Notes under the pieces: model-generated
Databases searched by the model: none
The model's input: the letters and a program-made list of their open reading frames with translations, nothing else
What the model was told of the DNA's origin: nothing
Source of the DNA: Candidatus Bathyarchaeia archaeon
Lineage (GTDB): Archaea; Thermoproteota; Bathyarchaeia; Bathyarchaeales; Bathycorpusculaceae
Assembly: GCA_037481775.1 (NCBI GenBank)
Contig: JBBFKZ010000011.1
Coordinates: 1-55,206, forward strand
Direction of reading: 5' to 3'
Length of the DNA stretch: 55,206 nucleotides
Part shown: in pieces, positions 29,294 to 38,908 of the stretch
Position numbering within the stretch: position 1 is the first letter of the stretch
Layout of the letters: every line of letters starts with the position of its first letter
Program-made: the position numbers and the translations under genes

Positions 29294-30268
29294 TCAAATG
29301 CTGATTTGGAACAGTAATTTCTCAACAAGTTCTTTGTACCGGTTGCGGATGGTAACTTCAGTTACCTGAGCAATCTCCGCTATTTCTCGTTGCGTTTTTC
29401 GTTCTCCTGTTAAAACAGAAGCAACGTAGCTTGCAGCGGCTGCAATGCCTGTTGGGCCTCGGCCTGAGGTGAGCTTAAGTTCCTTTGCTGCTGATAGAAT
29501 TTTATGCGCAATCTCTTCAACTTTGCCTTGCATTGTTAGCTGATTGGAAAACTTTGTTATGTACTGGCTGGGTCGAAGCGGCGGGATTGAATAGTTAAGC
29601 TCTTTAATCAGAAAGCGGTAACTGCGCCCAATTTCTTTTTTGTTTACCGCCGACGCTTGCGATATCTCGTCTAGGGTTCTTGGTAACCCGCACTGTCTGC
29701 ATGCCAAGTAAATCGCTGCTGAAGTCACGCCTTGAATAGACCTGCCACGTATCAAGCGCTCCTTTACTGCTTTCCGGTAAATGACTGAAGCGGTTTCCAA
29801 GATATTTTTTGGGAGATTCAGGTTATTGGAGATTTTTGTGATTTCAGATAAAGCAAAGGCTAAGTTGCGTTCTGTAGCGTCTGAAACGCGTATGCGTCGC
29901 TGCCATTTTCTTAGGCGGTACACTTGTGCCTTCTGACCCGGCGAGAGGCTTTTTCCGTAGATGTCTCGGTCATGCCAATCAATTGTTGTCGATAAGCCTT
30001 TGTCGTGGATAGTATAAGTTAGTGGAGCGCCAACCCGTGTTCGTTTTGATCTTTGCTCATCGTCGAAGGCGCGCCATTCAGGGCCTCTGTCAGCGATTTT
30101 GGCGGCTACTACGAAACCGCAGTCCATGCAGACTATTTCGGCACATTCGTAATCGCGCATGAGTCTTGTGCTGCCGCATTCTGGGCAGGACTGAATCTTG
30201 GAAGGTTCAACACGTTGAGATAGATATGAGGGGTCTACATCTTCACGCAGTTTATTATCGCTACTCAT
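29294..30268 (-). CDS. tfb: Transcription initiation factor IIB (gar1-linked copy)
   Basis: [58 protein letters not shown]. Confidence 0.97.
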   Translation of the reverse strand: MSSDNKLREDVDPSYLSQRVEPSKIQSCPECGSTRLMRDYECAEIVCMDCGFVVAAKIADRGPEWRAFDDEQRSKRTRVGAPLTYTIHDKGLSTTIDWHDRDIYGKSLSPGQKAQVYRLRKWQRRIRVSDATERNLAFALSEITKISNNLNLPKNILETASVIYRKAVKERLIRGRSIQGVTSAAIYLACRQCGLPRTLDEISQASAVNKKEIGRSYRFLIKELNYSIPPLRPSQYITKFSNQLTMQGKVEEIAHKILSAAKELKLTSGRGPTGIAAAASYVASVLTGERKTQREIAEIAQVTEVTIRNRYKELVEKLLFQISI

Positions 30269-30269
30269 C

Positions 30270-30518
30270 TTATTTTTTACTCCGCCCTTTATTCGAGAGA
30301 AGCAGATAAAGTTGCTTGCCGATTAACTTTTTAGGCTCTTTGGCTGCTGTTTTCACTACTGCATAAGGCGAAGACACGGGGCCTATTACGTCAAAGACTT
30401 TTCCAACAACTTTGAGGTTTTCATCAACAACGGTGGAACCGATTTTCGGGTTTTTGTCGGCCTTGACAACAATGTTTTGAGAAGGAGCCACTCTAAGCAC
30501 TTTGCCCAATCTCTGCAA
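30270..30518 (-). CDS. gar1: H/ACA RNP protein Gar1/Naf1
   Basis: P.IG..V.D.....[15 protein letters not shown]; TTG start at 30518 after GAGGTG; classic gar1-tfb linkage. Confidence 0.9.
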   Translation of the reverse strand: MQRLGKVLRVAPSQNIVVKADKNPKIGSTVVDENLKVVGKVFDVIGPVSSPYAVVKTAAKEPKKLIGKQLYLLLSNKGRSKK

Positions 30519-30793
30519 GCAAACACCTCTCCCGAAAAATAAGAACGACACCGTATTAGTTTATTTAAACCTTTCTGCGTAATACGATATACAGAAACGG
30601 GGCATGCGGCTTTAAAGCGCCTTAAACGCTTAAAATAGCCATCTAAAGGTAGCATTTTCCTCTATAAACCAAAAAAACTTGACCAAAGAAGAGTCGACTT
30701 CCTGTTGCCGCTGATAGCCCCCTCTATAGGTTTCTGCATTGAATTGCTAATATGTGCCAAATATGATGGCGCTGCTAAGCTGTGCGTGCTATT

Positions 30794-32353
30794 TTATTCC
30801 CATTCTATTGTTGCTGGTGGTTTGTGTGTGATGTCGTAGACTACTCGGGTTACTTCTGGTATCTCATTGGTTATTCTCGTGGAGATTCTTTCGAGGATGG
30901 GATAGGGGATTTTGGCGAAACTGGCGGTCATGGCTTCGCGGCTTTCTGCGACGCGGACAGCGACGACGTAGCCGTAGGCTCTTGCGTCGCCTTTGACGCC
31001 TGTAGCTTTGGTGTCTGTTAAAACAGCGAAGTATTGCCACAAGTTGTCCTCTAAGCCGCCTCTCTCGATTTCCTCTCTAACGATGGCGTCTGCTTTCTTT
31101 GCGATTCTAACTTTTTCTTCGGTTATTTCCCCAATTATCCGTACTGCTAAACCTGGTCCTGGGAACGGCTGTCTAGAGACGATTTCTCTCGGTAGACCCA
31201 GCATTTTTGCTACGCGCCGCACCTCGTCTTTGTACAAATCACGTAGCGGCTCCAGAATCTTTTTGAACTTGATTTTCGCCGGCAAGCCTGCCACGTTGTG
31301 GTGCGTCTTAATCTTGTCCGAGTGCTTCTTGAAGCCTGATTCGATTCTGTCCGGGTAAATGGTGCCTTGAATTAGGTATTCCGCGCCTACCTTTTCGGCT
31401 ATTTCCTCAAAAACCCGTATGAACTCTTCACCAATGATTTTTCGCTTTGCTTCCGGGTCTACAATGCCCTTAAGCTTCTCTAAAAACCGTTGTTGCGCAT
31501 TCGCCATGATAAAGTTGATTTTAAATTGCTTAAACGCGTCTCTGATGGCTTCAGGCTCGCCTTCCCTCATAAAGCCGTGATCCACAAAAACCGCCGTCAA
31601 CCTATCATTCAACGCTTGAGCGGCAATGGCCGTAGCTACGCTGGAGTCTATGCCTCCGCTTAAGCCAATTATGGCTTTGCCTCCGCCTACTTCTGCTCTC
31701 AGCTCGTCGATCATCTCTGTTATTAGGTCTTCCATCTGCCAGTTCGCAGTGCACCTGCACACTTCGAAGATGAAGTTGCGTAGCATACGCATGCCGTTTT
31801 CCGTGTGGACAACTTCTGGATGCCACTGCAAACCGTAAATGGGCTTAGTTTTGTGCCTAAACGCTGCAACTGGGCAACTCTCCGTATGCGCCAGCACCTC
31901 AAACTCAGGCGGCAGCGAGAAGACAGTGTCGCCATGACTCATCCAAACCTTCTCTCTGTGGCTTAAGCCTGACAGCACGTCAACTGGCTTGTCAACCTCA
32001 ACGTATGAAACACCGTATTCCCTGCAAGCCGCTGGCTCCACTTTTCCACCGCACATTTGGGCTATAAGCTGATGACCATAGCATAAGCCTAAAACTGGAA
32101 GGTTTAACTCCAAGATTCCGGCGTCAATGCGCGGCGCGTCTGGCTCGTAAACGCTTGCTGGTCCGCCGGAAAGAATTATCCCTTTAATATTGAATTCGCG
32201 GCTCATGCTTCGAATATTGTCTGGTGTTACGTCTGGCGGCATGATTTCGGAGTAGACGCCGTGCTCTCTTATTCTTCTACCTATGAGGTGGCAGTACTGC
32301 CCGCCAAAGTCCAGCACCAGTATAGTGTCATATTTCGTCTGCATCTTGCTCAC
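30794..32353 (-). CDS. guaA: GMP synthase (fused glutaminase and ATP pyrophosphatase domains)
   Basis: LDFGGQY, GLCYGHQ, QWHPEV, SGGIDSS, QGTIYPD, PFPGPGL, KPPATIEWE. Confidence 0.97.
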   Translation of the reverse strand: MSKMQTKYDTILVLDFGGQYCHLIGRRIREHGVYSEIMPPDVTPDNIRSMSREFNIKGIILSGGPASVYEPDAPRIDAGILELNLPVLGLCYGHQLIAQMCGGKVEPAACREYGVSYVEVDKPVDVLSGLSHREKVWMSHGDTVFSLPPEFEVLAHTESCPVAAFRHKTKPIYGLQWHPEVVHTENGMRMLRNFIFEVCRCTANWQMEDLITEMIDELRAEVGGGKAIIGLSGGIDSSVATAIAAQALNDRLTAVFVDHGFMREGEPEAIRDAFKQFKINFIMANAQQRFLEKLKGIVDPEAKRKIIGEEFIRVFEEIAEKVGAEYLIQGTIYPDRIESGFKKHSDKIKTHHNVAGLPAKIKFKKILEPLRDLYKDEVRRVAKMLGLPREIVSRQPFPGPGLAVRIIGEITEEKVRIAKKADAIVREEIERGGLEDNLWQYFAVLTDTKATGVKGDARAYGYVVAVRVAESREAMTASFAKIPYPILERISTRITNEIPEVTRVVYDITHKPPATIEWE

Positions 32354-32572
32354 GCCTATTGATTTTCCCTACTAATTTAACATTATCACCATATTGCTGT
32401 CAATTGCAACGACACATTTTAGGTTACGCTATTTTTATCTGCTGCCCGCGTCCTTCTAGAAGTTTTCAACATTCCGTTCTAGCAGATGAAACTAAAATTA
32501 TATAAACGTAATCAATTGACTATCAAAAGAGTATCGCGAAAAGTCTGATTTAATTGAAATAATGTGCAGTAG

Positions 32573-33025
32573 GTGATAATTATGGAATTAAATGAAACCG
32601 ATAAAAAAATCTTGGAAAACCTGTTAGCGGATGCGCGTCTCTCAAGTAGGCAAATAGCGAAAAACGTAGGTGTGTCTGTCGGCACCGTGCTCTCGAGAGT
32701 AAAGAAGATGGAGGAAGACGGACTGATAAAAGGCTACTCCGCCATCCTTGACCATCAAAAACTCGGGTATGAACTCACGGTTGTTACGGAGATAACGGTT
32801 TCAAAGGGCAAACTAGTAGAGATGGAAAACGAGGTAGCCAAGCTGCCTGGCGTCTGCTGCGTTTACGACGTAACAGGCTTAACCGACGCCATAATAATCG
32901 CCAAATTCAAAACCCGCGAAGATCTTGGAAAATTCACGAAACATCTGCTAGCCCTACCCTATGTCGAGCGGACAAACACGCATGTCGTATTGACCACGGT
33001 AAAAGAAGACCTCCGTTTACTCTAA
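32573..33025 (+). CDS. Lrp/AsnC family transcriptional regulator
   Basis: D.KIL..L..DAR.S...IA...GVS..TV..RVKKME..GLI.GY; YDVTG..D. Confidence 0.93.
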   Translation: MIIMELNETDKKILENLLADARLSSRQIAKNVGVSVGTVLSRVKKMEEDGLIKGYSAILDHQKLGYELTVVTEITVSKGKLVEMENEVAKLPGVCCVYDVTGLTDAIIIAKFKTREDLGKFTKHLLALPYVERTNTHVVLTTVKEDLRLL

Positions 33026-33282
33026 TTTCCTTACACCTATAACGGCTCATCTGCCGCCTTTTTCTATGACTGTAACGACACAAATCTTAGCACTTTTTTA
33101 TTATCCATGGAAATGCTGCATACCTTTGTATTCTTCCGCTATTCTAAACTAGTGCTGTTGTAGCATTTAAGTGACGCATTTTTTGAAGGCGTCAGAAACA
33201 ACTTTTTTCTGATTATAGAAAAATTTTTAAATTATCTGAATCAAACAAGTAGTTGCCTAAATAATGGAGAGTTATTTTAAGT

Positions 33283-34098
33283 ATGCGTAAAACCTTTTTA
33301 GTGGCAATCTGCATTTTCGCGCTTTGCAGTCTGCTGCTGGCAAACATAAATGTAACCAAGGCTGCGGAGCCAGGCTACACAAGAACAGATTACAATCCCA
33401 CAACAACCCCGACTGTTGATGGAAAATGGACAACCAACAATGAATGGGAATTAAACGGTGAAGTTACCACCATCGGCACAGGCGCCGCCTTCCAAAGCGT
33501 ATGGGTTCTAGAATCAATGGACCCAATAATCGTCACTGACACATTCCTCGTTGAATTCTTTGTTGACACAACAAATGACGCTGGAGACTACTGGCAGTTA
33601 TGCATCGATGGCGACCAAAGCGGAGGTTCCGCTCCCCAATCCAATGACTACAGAATAGACATTATAGGTCACACGACCCTGAAGTTGTACCAAGGTACTG
33701 GAACAGGCTGGACAGAGGTCACCCCTGATCCAGCTGATATAACTTGGAACAACACGCTTAGTGCCTCGCCGTCCAACAGCACCGCACACTGGATTCTGGA
33801 ACTGAAAATCGTCAAACCTGAGCTCGGCGCAGGTCCAACTTGGAATTTCAGGTTAGCCATGTATGACGCAAGTACGGGCACGCTTTTGGCGTGGCCGCCT
33901 ACTCCTAGAGATGAACCAGCCCGCTGGGGCGTTCAAAACTACGTGTCAGGCGCCATCCCAGAAACATTCAGCATAGCCGTCGTGGTGCTGCTATTGTCAA
34001 CCGCGGCCATAGTGAGCTTCTACTTCCTGCGAAAACGCCCAAAAATCGAAAGCAGCGCTTCCATCAAAACAAGTGGTAGCACGCAATCTTATGTGTAA
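33283..34098 (+). CDS. Secreted surface protein with a PEF-CTERM-like sorting signal (paralog 1)
   Basis: Signal peptide; PTVDGKWT...EW; DxTNDAGDYWQ.C.D; IPETF + TM + RKRPK. Confidence 0.85.
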   Translation: MRKTFLVAICIFALCSLLLANINVTKAAEPGYTRTDYNPTTTPTVDGKWTTNNEWELNGEVTTIGTGAAFQSVWVLESMDPIIVTDTFLVEFFVDTTNDAGDYWQLCIDGDQSGGSAPQSNDYRIDIIGHTTLKLYQGTGTGWTEVTPDPADITWNNTLSASPSNSTAHWILELKIVKPELGAGPTWNFRLAMYDASTGTLLAWPPTPRDEPARWGVQNYVSGAIPETFSIAVVVLLLSTAAIVSFYFLRKRPKIESSASIKTSGSTQSYV

Positions 34099-34376
34099 GC
34101 CTTTCATTTAATCTCCTTTTTTTGTCTTTACACCTGTTTAATCGTAAAGTTGTCTCTGGAAAACTTGAATACTCAAAGGTGAGTCCTGTTTAAGCAAAAA
34201 GTAACACTGGGCTTTTGCCCATCCCTGTCATCTCCATTTATTACGGCTTGCAGACTGCTTTATTACACTTTTCGAATGCACCACTAAACGTCGCATTCTT
34301 TATGATATAGGAAAATTTTTTAAGACTAAAGAGTTGAATAAACTATAATTAGCCAACTAAAGGAGAAAAAAGGAAG

Positions 34377-35183
34377 ATGAAAAAATCCTCACATTCTGCA
34401 TTAGCTATGCTCTTTATCTGCAGTTTACTATTCCCGATAATAGCTGGAGTCGCTAAAGCAGGTAACCCCGCTTACTCAATTCTTGAGTACCCAAGCGTTA
34501 ATACGGCGACAGTTGACGGAAAATGGACTGCCAATGACGAATGGACCGACACTCCCGCCACCGACCTAACCGGCAATGCCACAGGGAAATTTGGATACAA
34601 CATACAAGACTTCACTAATCTAGGCTTAGAGTGGATTGTTGAAATCTTCACTGATAACACCAATGACGCGGGAGATTACTGGCAAATCTGCTTTGACGAC
34701 GGCAACGACGGCGGCACGGCACCAGACACTGACGACTTTAAAATAGAAATTACCGGTCACACAACCTTGAAGGTGTATAAGGGAACAGGCACAGGCTGGC
34801 AGGAAATCACCCCTGAAGCAGGAGAAATAAAATGGAATAACACAATTAGTGCTTCGCCGTGGAACAGCACGCCCCACTGGATTCTGGAACTCGTTGACAC
34901 AAGCAAAACAAGCGGACAAGTTCAGATTCCTAGTGCACCGCCAACTGGGATGAGAATTGCGGCTTACGACGCAAGCACAAGCACACTTGCAGCGTGGGCC
35001 CCTAACAGTTCCGCAAATGTTCCAAATACTTGGGGCCTAGTCGCTAACTATTCAACTGAGCCGATTCCTGAAGGCTTCAGCATAGGCGTTGTGGTCTTAC
35101 TTACTTGTACTGCTTTTGCGGTTAGCTTCTACTGCTTACGGAAGCGCCAGAAAACACAAACCCAAATCCTCATTAAACCATAA
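34377..35183 (+). CDS. Secreted surface protein with a PEF-CTERM-like sorting signal (paralog 2)
   Basis: Same core motifs as the upstream paralog; IPEGF + TM + RKRQK. Confidence 0.85.
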   Translation: MKKSSHSALAMLFICSLLFPIIAGVAKAGNPAYSILEYPSVNTATVDGKWTANDEWTDTPATDLTGNATGKFGYNIQDFTNLGLEWIVEIFTDNTNDAGDYWQICFDDGNDGGTAPDTDDFKIEITGHTTLKVYKGTGTGWQEITPEAGEIKWNNTISASPWNSTPHWILELVDTSKTSGQVQIPSAPPTGMRIAAYDASTSTLAAWAPNSSANVPNTWGLVANYSTEPIPEGFSIGVVVLLTCTAFAVSFYCLRKRQKTQTQILIKP

Positions 35184-35381
35184 GTGTCAACCATTTACGG
35201 TGAACTCAAGCAGAACCCAAAGGTAGTTTACTCTCTATTTTTCTTTTCTACCTTCAAAGGCAGGGTTACCGCGAAATTATAAAATTTAAACATTAACTGC
35301 CTAAAGCGCCGATGAGCAGGTGTGGTAAAACAAAAATTTTATACGCATAATTTTAAAGCTTAAATTAGCACTTTACTTAAA

Positions 35382-36437
35382 ATGAGGCAATTAATGATCA
35401 AGATTAGCCGAGTAAAAGTTGCAATCCAACTTATTGTAGGCGTTGCCATACTACTTTGGCTGCTTCAGATAGCGAATTCAGGCGAAGTGTTCACGACGAT
35501 CCTGCAATTCAACCCAGTAAACCTCATCGGCGCAGTAGCCTTCTTTATTACGGCATCCACTTTCGTGGCGCTTGCGCTCTGCGTAACTCTGCGGCGTTCT
35601 AACACGGATGCACCGCTTCGGCACATGATAATGGCCAGTTTCGCAGGCCAACTGCTAAGCGACGTAACACCCGTACGCTCCGGCTACTTTCTCACGCCCG
35701 TCTTCCTCAAGCAGTTAGCCAGTATACCTGTCGAGCAGGGCATGACCAGTGTCCTTGCTACTGGAGGCGTGAACTCTTTAGTGAAAGTGGCCATCTGTCT
35801 AGTAGGTTTAGGCTACTTTGCACGTTACCTCTCTCTGTCTGCGGAAATCACCAATGCGCTGCTTGTTGGCATCATAGTCCTGCTAGTTGCAGGCGCGCTT
35901 CTGCTGCTAATTATGTGGGATAAGCGCTTCTCAAAAATAGTCGCTAAACTCGAGCGAATACCAGTTGTGGGTAAGCGGTTAAGCGCGTTTACTGCAGTAT
36001 TCAGCAACGTTCAGAAGGAAGGGCGGAAAATACGGTGCTCTCTGATCTTTGTCGCCGCCTTGATATTTTTATCCGTAATCGCTCATGCCACAGCGCTATA
36101 CTTGATTTTTAACGGCTTATGGTATTATCCTTCGCTTCACCTAATTGACTTCATCTTCATAGCCGCCTTCGCCTCAGTATTAACATACATTCCAGTTACA
36201 ATTGCAGGTCTCGGCGTGCAGGAAGCAGGCTACGTGCTTTTCCTTCAATTGCTACTTGGGCTTCCTCTCTACGACGTTAATCCAAAACTTGTCGCATTTG
36301 CATTGATCACCCGCGCCTTGTTCACCGGAACAGACATAATCGGCATCAGTCCGCTGCTTAAAGCAGGCTTGTCGCCTGCTGTTCACGCCTCGCTTCGGGA
36401 AGTACCATCAAGCGACGGGACAACACGGCCAGTATAA
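35382..36437 (+). CDS. UPF0104 / lysylphosphatidylglycerol-synthase-TM-like putative flippase
   Basis: Multi-TM; TP..SG; P.TIAGLGVQEAG; ALITR. Confidence 0.85.
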   Translation: MRQLMIKISRVKVAIQLIVGVAILLWLLQIANSGEVFTTILQFNPVNLIGAVAFFITASTFVALALCVTLRRSNTDAPLRHMIMASFAGQLLSDVTPVRSGYFLTPVFLKQLASIPVEQGMTSVLATGGVNSLVKVAICLVGLGYFARYLSLSAEITNALLVGIIVLLVAGALLLLIMWDKRFSKIVAKLERIPVVGKRLSAFTAVFSNVQKEGRKIRCSLIFVAALIFLSVIAHATALYLIFNGLWYYPSLHLIDFIFIAAFASVLTYIPVTIAGLGVQEAGYVLFLQLLLGLPLYDVNPKLVAFALITRALFTGTDIIGISPLLKAGLSPAVHASLREVPSSDGTTRPV

Positions 36438-36530
36438 TCGTCTACACCTGCGCTGCGAATACCGCGGCAAACATGGTAATTCCTGAAAGCCTATCCACTT
36501 TCAAATGTGCCGCGGCTCCTTTTTCTGTGG

Positions 36531-38882
36531 TCATAATTGCTGTTCAGACGCAGAAAGTGTCTTCACATCCCAGTAATTGTAAAATCTTATGTCCACAGTT
36601 ACATTGAAGTTTTCAGTGAACCTTTCCTCACGGTCAATGACAAAGATTGTGAAGTATCCCCACTTATTTATCTGCCACATCAGCGCTGGATCCGCGGCGC
36701 CAGTGCTGTTCGCTGGCTGCTCAGGCCCTTGCTTCAGAGGCCTATACGTTCCCGACGGGTTGGTGACTACATCTGGAATTATTCCCTGCCATAATTCAAT
36801 GCTGACTGAATGATTTGCACTGTTAACTGAGACGATCATTACCCCTTCTCTGTAGTCAACAGGAATGGGCATGTGCAGCTTGCCGCTGGGCAAAGTCGTG
36901 GAGTTTGTTATCGTTAAATTAACTGTCACATGCTTTAGCGGCGGAGTAAAGTTCTTTTCCGCAAATAACGCGTGAACTGTTTCTTCCTCAATTGGCCCGA
37001 CGTGATATACTGCCGTACCGTTCAATCCAACATACACAGGCGGCAAATAATTCAGGTCGCCCAAGTATCTCGTTAGCACACACCATTTGTACGCCGGAGG
37101 CATCCGTGTATCCAAGGGCGCTGCCCAAGGAACGCTGAGAATATATGTTACGTTCCTATCTTTCAGGAAGTTTAACGCATCTTCAATTGCGTTCATTCTG
37201 TAAAGCGGTGCCGCTTCTCTCCCGTCCAGCGTGAAGATGTCGCGTTCAATGTAGTACTCTTTTATGTCATAGGTTGCTACTCGCGCATCTGCTGGGGTGT
37301 TCTCATTTATCCATTTCCAGGCGTCTGCTTCTTCGAATATCTGCGCAAGGTAGCTCCATTTGTCGTTGCCGTGTAACGGCGATGGCTTAAACGAGTTTAT
37401 GCATGGCAAAACCATTATGGTTGAAATAAGCAAGAAAACGATGAAAATCATGGAAGTTGCGCGTTTCCTCTTGTCCAGCTTTGTAATGAGTGTTGTAACA
37501 CCTATGGAAAAGATGACTGCCAAGCTTGGCAAGGCAATTATTAGATAGCGCATAAATGGAATATGCAGTGCCATGATTGCTACACCAGCCAGCAGTAGGT
37601 AGCAGGGAAAAATTAGCATGAACTGTTTTGGTTTGGCAAAATGAAGGTAAATGATAGCTAAAATTAGCACTACAGTGCCTATCATAGAAATAAGGTTGAT
37701 CAAGCCGAAAAATGGCACGGTTGACCAGTTCCGGAAATGCTGCATTGTAGAGCTTAGCAATAATGGATCCAAGTACTTCCCGATGCTGAGAAACGGGAAA
37801 ACAGGGTTTCCAAGCAGCAAGAAATTCCGCAGGTACCATGGCAAAACGATTGGCGCCGCTAACGTGACGAGCCAAAAAGAGCGTTTCACAGATAAGCGCT
37901 TGTTTACGGCGTAAAGCAGCAGCAAACCGAAGGCGGCTAAACCTATGTAGCTCGTAAGTGCTGCAAAGCAGCAGAACAGTGTCCCAGAGTCTTCATATTT
38001 TCTGGCTTCAGCTGCTTCTGTATTGTATGCTTTAAAGAAGAGGAATGTGGCCATTGTTAACATAAAGGTTAGGCACATGAGGTAAGTTTCATGCACAAAA
38101 AGCTCCCAAAACGTGGGTATACTCGCAAGTATAAACGCGGCGAAAACAGCTGTTACGCGCTTTTTCGCAATGTCGGCGGAAAATTTGTAGGTAGCAATTA
38201 ATGTTGCTAAACCAAAGATCGGCTGCAAGATTCTAAAATAAAAATCTTTAGCTCCTCCCGCGAAGGTGTACAAGTAAACGGCAAGTAACTGTGTGCCAAG
38301 CGGATAGCTCGCGCTCATTTCTAAACCAATAGATGGGCCTGCAATCAACGGGATTCTGCCGTTTTCAAAAATGATTTTCGCGTAGTTAACGCCGTACGCA
38401 AGCGAATCCCACTCTACAGCTGGATAAGCCAACGTCTGGTATGCTGCGATGCAGACGTATGCGCCGATCACAGCCAGCAATGTTGCTTCAACGCGATTAA
38501 CTTTTGGTATAGCTGCTCCCTTTAGTCTCGTTTGGCCTTTAAGCTTTAACCCACATCGTAGCGCAGCAGGCAGTAGAACAAGAAGCAGGCTTGTTTGGGT
38601 CAAAATTACTGTTAGAAGGGAGATTTCCCATAAAATTCCAATCGAAATCATTAGCACGTATGTGAATCCGAAGCCCAAGCCCACTGAAAGTAGTAGCCTC
38701 TCTGTAGTGTCTACCCCATTCTTGACGATGATGTATGAAAGTAGAACGCCGTTGACAAATATGAAAGCGAAACCCAGCCATCCGCAGTCAACTGGCACTG
38801 CTTCAATTGGCGCATGAAATATATTCGGCATCGTGAAGTCTGGAGGTTGATAATAAACAAGGCTGAAAATGCTTCCAATCAT
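36531..38882 (-). CDS. GT-C fold glycosyltransferase (GT39/PMT-like) with a C-terminal extracellular domain
   Basis: More than 10 TMs; EWDSLAY...IPLIAGPSIGLEMSASYP; PWYLRNFLLLGNPVFP; AWKWINENTP. Confidence 0.85.
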   Translation of the reverse strand: MIGSIFSLVYYQPPDFTMPNIFHAPIEAVPVDCGWLGFAFIFVNGVLLSYIIVKNGVDTTERLLLSVGLGFGFTYVLMISIGILWEISLLTVILTQTSLLLVLLPAALRCGLKLKGQTRLKGAAIPKVNRVEATLLAVIGAYVCIAAYQTLAYPAVEWDSLAYGVNYAKIIFENGRIPLIAGPSIGLEMSASYPLGTQLLAVYLYTFAGGAKDFYFRILQPIFGLATLIATYKFSADIAKKRVTAVFAAFILASIPTFWELFVHETYLMCLTFMLTMATFLFFKAYNTEAAEARKYEDSGTLFCCFAALTSYIGLAAFGLLLLYAVNKRLSVKRSFWLVTLAAPIVLPWYLRNFLLLGNPVFPFLSIGKYLDPLLLSSTMQHFRNWSTVPFFGLINLISMIGTVVLILAIIYLHFAKPKQFMLIFPCYLLLAGVAIMALHIPFMRYLIIALPSLAVIFSIGVTTLITKLDKRKRATSMIFIVFLLISTIMVLPCINSFKPSPLHGNDKWSYLAQIFEEADAWKWINENTPADARVATYDIKEYYIERDIFTLDGREAAPLYRMNAIEDALNFLKDRNVTYILSVPWAAPLDTRMPPAYKWCVLTRYLGDLNYLPPVYVGLNGTAVYHVGPIEEETVHALFAEKNFTPPLKHVTVNLTITNSTTLPSGKLHMPIPVDYREGVMIVSVNSANHSVSIELWQGIIPDVVTNPSGTYRPLKQGPEQPANSTGAADPALMWQINKWGYFTIFVIDREERFTENFNVTVDIRFYNYWDVKTLSASEQQL

Positions 38883-38908
38883 CAGAATTATTGCAATCCA
38901 AAGAATGA

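Noticed and set aside
30552-30790. Intergenic gap upstream of gar1 as a possible SRP or other ncRNA
   Set aside because: No recognisable GC-rich helices or conserved RNA motifs
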